A stretch of DNA of 64,000 bases from Klebsormidium nitens (Eukaryota > Plantae > Klebsormidiophyceae), in contig DF237249.1 in assembly GCA_000708835.1 (NCBI GenBank), forward strand, positions 1-64,000, read 5' to 3'. Of the stretch, positions 60,548 to 64,000 are shown one piece after another; position 1 is the stretch's first letter; each line of letters starts with the position of its first letter. The notes below the pieces were generated by a model. The model saw nothing but the letters and a program-made list of their open reading frames with translations, did no database searches and was not told where the DNA came from. The position numbers were made by a program, and so were the translations under genes.

Positions 60548-63500
60548 CTAGATGAAGCACACAAGCCCCCCGCTGCGCATGTTCTTGCACGACAGCTCGC
60601 CATCCACCGTCCATTCCGTCTCATCGACGGCCGAGAGGCCCAGCAGCTTGCGCGCGATGACGTTGATCTTGGAGAAGGCGCCGGCGCTCATGGGCCTGAA
60701 GCGCTTGTACGCGAAGTCGGTGCTGAGCAGGGATGACGTCATGTAGTCGACGTCCTTGCCCTCGACGACGTCAGCCTCGTCGAACTTGACGGCCGCGGCC
60801 TTGAGCGCCTCGGCGCGGTGCGCGGCGAACGTCTGACCCAGCGCGCCGTGGACGGTGCCTGCGAGAAGGAAGAACTAGACAGGGTGAGAAAACAGGACGA
60901 AAGAGCTAAAAGCAAAGGTCTGGCAGAGCGCGATTGAAATGTGCGTGAAGGATTGACATCGGGTGAGAGGAGAGGGAAAACACTTTGTGCTCAAAGCGAA
61001 GGTTTGGCCGAGCGCGCCTGCAAAAAGATAGCATATGCTTGAAGAAGAGCTATGATTTCAGAAGCTAGAATAAATGATACGAAAGGGCGGAAACGTTGTC
61101 CCAGCGTGCCGTGGAACCAAGGGTGAAATAGAGAGGGGGAGAAGCGAGCAAGGGAGGTTCATGCGGAGGGCGCGAGACTGAAGAGCAGGGTTGGATACCA
61201 CGGTGGCAGAAACAAGCCAAAGTTTCCAGACGACGAAAAGGTGAGCCAAATGCGAGGAGTTTGGAATGCATGATTCTGGAGGCCACAGAAACTAATCTTG
61301 AATACCAATAGAGGGCGAGCCGGCAAAGAATGCTCCATGGACGTATAAAAGCAGACAGATACGGATACAATTCGAGCGGACCAACTCTTGATACAAAAGC
61401 ATGACAAGTTCTGCGTTGACTGGGACCAGCAGCGTCACGGCCTTTTTATAGTCAAGTTTGACCGGCGTGACGTCTTCGGAGTACCGGAACACAAGCATGA
61501 CAAGCACCGTCTCCCGAGAACTGGCACGCTGACGGTCCAGCCGCTGACGCACCGGTGACGTTAAGCTTGCTGATCCCGATGTCGATGTGGTTGCCCGCGG
61601 GGTGCTCGTGCGCCGCTGCCGTCACGATGACGTCAATGTGCTCGCGGATGCTGACGCGGAACGAGTAGGCGAACGGCGCGACTTTGATGGTGAGCCCTTC
61701 GTCTTCGAAGAGGGCCGCCTCCTGATTCAAGACGGAGGCGAGGAAGGACTCCGGGCGCAGCTCCTGGCCGTCGATCTGAATGACGAACGGCACGGATTCG
61801 GTGAAGGCGGCGGAGCCCTGCAGAGGGGAGGAAGGAGTCCTGTCAGCTGTGCAGGCAGGGATGACGCCAAACAAATCATCGGGGGAAACTTTTGTCGGTC
61901 GGAAAAGAAAGCCGCGAGTTGGCTTTTAAGCAATTGTTTTTGCCCTTTCAAATTAGCAGGAGGAATGGACTTTCTTGACACCCGCGAGGCCATGCAAGTC
62001 AGGTCGCACCAAAGTCACTGGCAAGACGCCTGCGCGAGCCAGCTATACCCACGACAGTCTTCCTTTTCCGCCCCAACCTTTGATACGCACCGGCTTTGAG
62101 CGAAGGGTCATCAATATGGCCGTTAAAGTTCGCACGATGGAAGTCGATTATGTTTGCGGGCCTGTACACGAAGTTGGCCTTTCTTACAATTCAAAAACCC
62201 ATAATGCAGGTGATGAGAGGAGCTCGAGGCAGCTTACCTCCTTGACGGTAAAGGTGGCGGAACGAACGCCGCCGTTTTCGGCCCACATAAAGCCGAGGGC
62301 GGACATCCAGGTGCCGTCGAAGCCGGTCTCGAGTCCGTCCTGGCCGATGAAGTGGGCGTTCATGGTTAGGCCTTGGTCGGTGATCAGGTTGAAGTCTCTG
62401 TCTGTGGGGCAAAAAGAGTGGGGTTAGTAGAGACGTACCGATTGCTGAAGACAGCTCACTCCAGTCGAGCTTAAACCTTGCTCAAGCGACTGATACTACT
62501 GCAAAGACTCATCTCAGACCGGTGCCCAAAAACTGCCGAGAAATCTTTTCACTGGGATATTTACTAGTGGTAGAACGTCATTTTGAGCCAGATTCAGAAG
62601 AGGACTTCTTTGCTGTTCAACACAGACTGATAATCGAGGGTTAATGTGAAAGAGCAAGGGGCTTACCAGGCAGGCCGTGGAAGTCGTAATGGATACCGAA
62701 AGCGCCGCGGAAGTGGGGGTCTGTCGGGAGAAGAAGGACACTTCAGAATCTTCAAGTCAGGCCAATGCTGCAGCAGATTGGAAGCCAACGAAGACAATCC
62801 TGGGTCAAACTTGTACACAGAATATGCATGCACATCACAGAAAGCTCCTTCAGAACTTCCGCTCATGAACTCGAGGGCCTAAAGAAGATGAGAAGAGGGC
62901 CCGGAGAAGATGAGAATTCCTTCAACTGACAATGTTGACCAATTGCCAAGCCCAGGGGAGTAACTGAAAACTGGACACTCCAAATAAAGCTTGACAAGAC
63001 AAAGCAGTCCTCACACCCTCACCCATAAAATAAAGACAAGCCACAGGAACCCTACGACTCTAGTGTTTCCCACCCCATTTCCGGCCGGACAAGGGGCAGT
63101 AGTACCTCCAACCACTAAACTTCGAGCGGCACAGTCTTCCTAATCCGCAGAGAAAGAGCAAACTGACTCACCGGCGCAAGCGCCAGTCGATTGCAGCTCG
63201 TCCGCCTTTGCCTTGGCGTTATCCTTGGGGGGGCCACACAGGCAGAACGTCTTAATGTTGCCTTTTCCCTCCTCCTTGCACGCCAACGTGCAGCAGTCGT
63301 CAATCCTTTGGCCCACGCCGTTCTTGCAGTCGCCGCAGGTGACGTACGCGTAGGCCTTCGCGCATGTGTCGACGCTATGGCCCTGCAGAGACAGGAGGCC
63401 TCACAATGTGAACCATTCGTTCAAAAGTTCGGCCGGTGGTTCAAGCGTTTTGTTCAGTCGATTGGCTCTTGGGAAAGGCGGAGGGAAAGGGGCTCGAGCT

Positions 63501-63986
63501 GGAGTCTACTTAAGACACACAGGTCTGACACTCTTGCAGCTATGGATGACAGCTGTCAAGCCTAAAAACAGGACCAGTCAGGAACCTGCAAGACTCTGCA
63601 CCCGACTGGTATTGGACCCCAAATCAATGAATCAGCGACCGTGGTGTTTGCCGACATTTCAGATGGCAGAAGGTCGTAACTACTGAAGAGAATGATCAAG
63701 CCTCTGAAGCAGCTGTGTCTCTGCTAGTTTCAGCGAGTGACTCGAACCTTCAAAGTGAAGTGCTCAAGCTAGAGAACGAGCAGAGAACTAGAGCTGGAAG
63801 ATCCGCTTGATAAGCACTTCAGTCGCGCCGGCTCACCTGGATGTAAGTTGGGTCCCCATTGAGAGTGGCCACACCGCCCTTGTCGCAGTCGTTAGTTCCC
63901 TTCTTGCAAATCTCGCAGTCGTTGGCAAAGGCAGAGACCGCGAAGAGAGAAAGGAGGAGCGCGGCGGTGAGAAGGCGGGGAGCCAT
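60548..63986 (-). CDS. Root_cap / LEA-related secreted protein, 6 exons
   Basis: Signal peptide MAPRLLTAALLLSLFAVSAFA and a Cys-rich N-terminus. DPHFRGAFGIHYDFHG, FNLITDQGLTMNAHFIG...TWMSALG and VHGALGQT...YMTSSLLSTDFAYKRF match family motifs as I recall them (DPRF.G.DG..FYFHG, INAHFIG, VHGVLGQT). Confidence 0.85.
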
Positions 63987-64000
63987 GGTGACAGCTGGCG

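Overview
Eukaryotic nuclear DNA, not prokaryotic. It has about 50% GC and intron-rich genes with GT-AG introns. The gene content (plant-specific HD2/HDT protein, plastid-type GNAT and RsmG, Root_cap-family protein, non-pT P3A H+-ATPase) suggests a streptophyte alga such as Klebsormidium; this is inference, not a database match. I reconstructed by hand ten spliced genes: cytochrome b5, GNAT acetyltransferase, HD2/HDT, plasma-membrane H+-ATPase, RsmG/GidB, a mitochondrial carrier, NADH-cytochrome b5 reductase, and three secreted wall-type proteins. An accessory island at about 15.5-23.5 kb holds an orphan multi-pass membrane ORF interrupted by a hAT-type MITE, a TA-flanked MITE, a Helitron-like 3' end and orphan exons. 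A Tourist-like MITE sits between the H+-ATPase and rsmG. The most notable observations are: (1) cytochrome b5 has two duplicated, phase-compatible terminal exons predicting a tail-anchored and a soluble isoform; (2) the hAT MITE contains a compact multi-stem fold; (3) degenerate copies of exon ends recur inside introns. I saw no rRNA, tRNA or CRISPR features.
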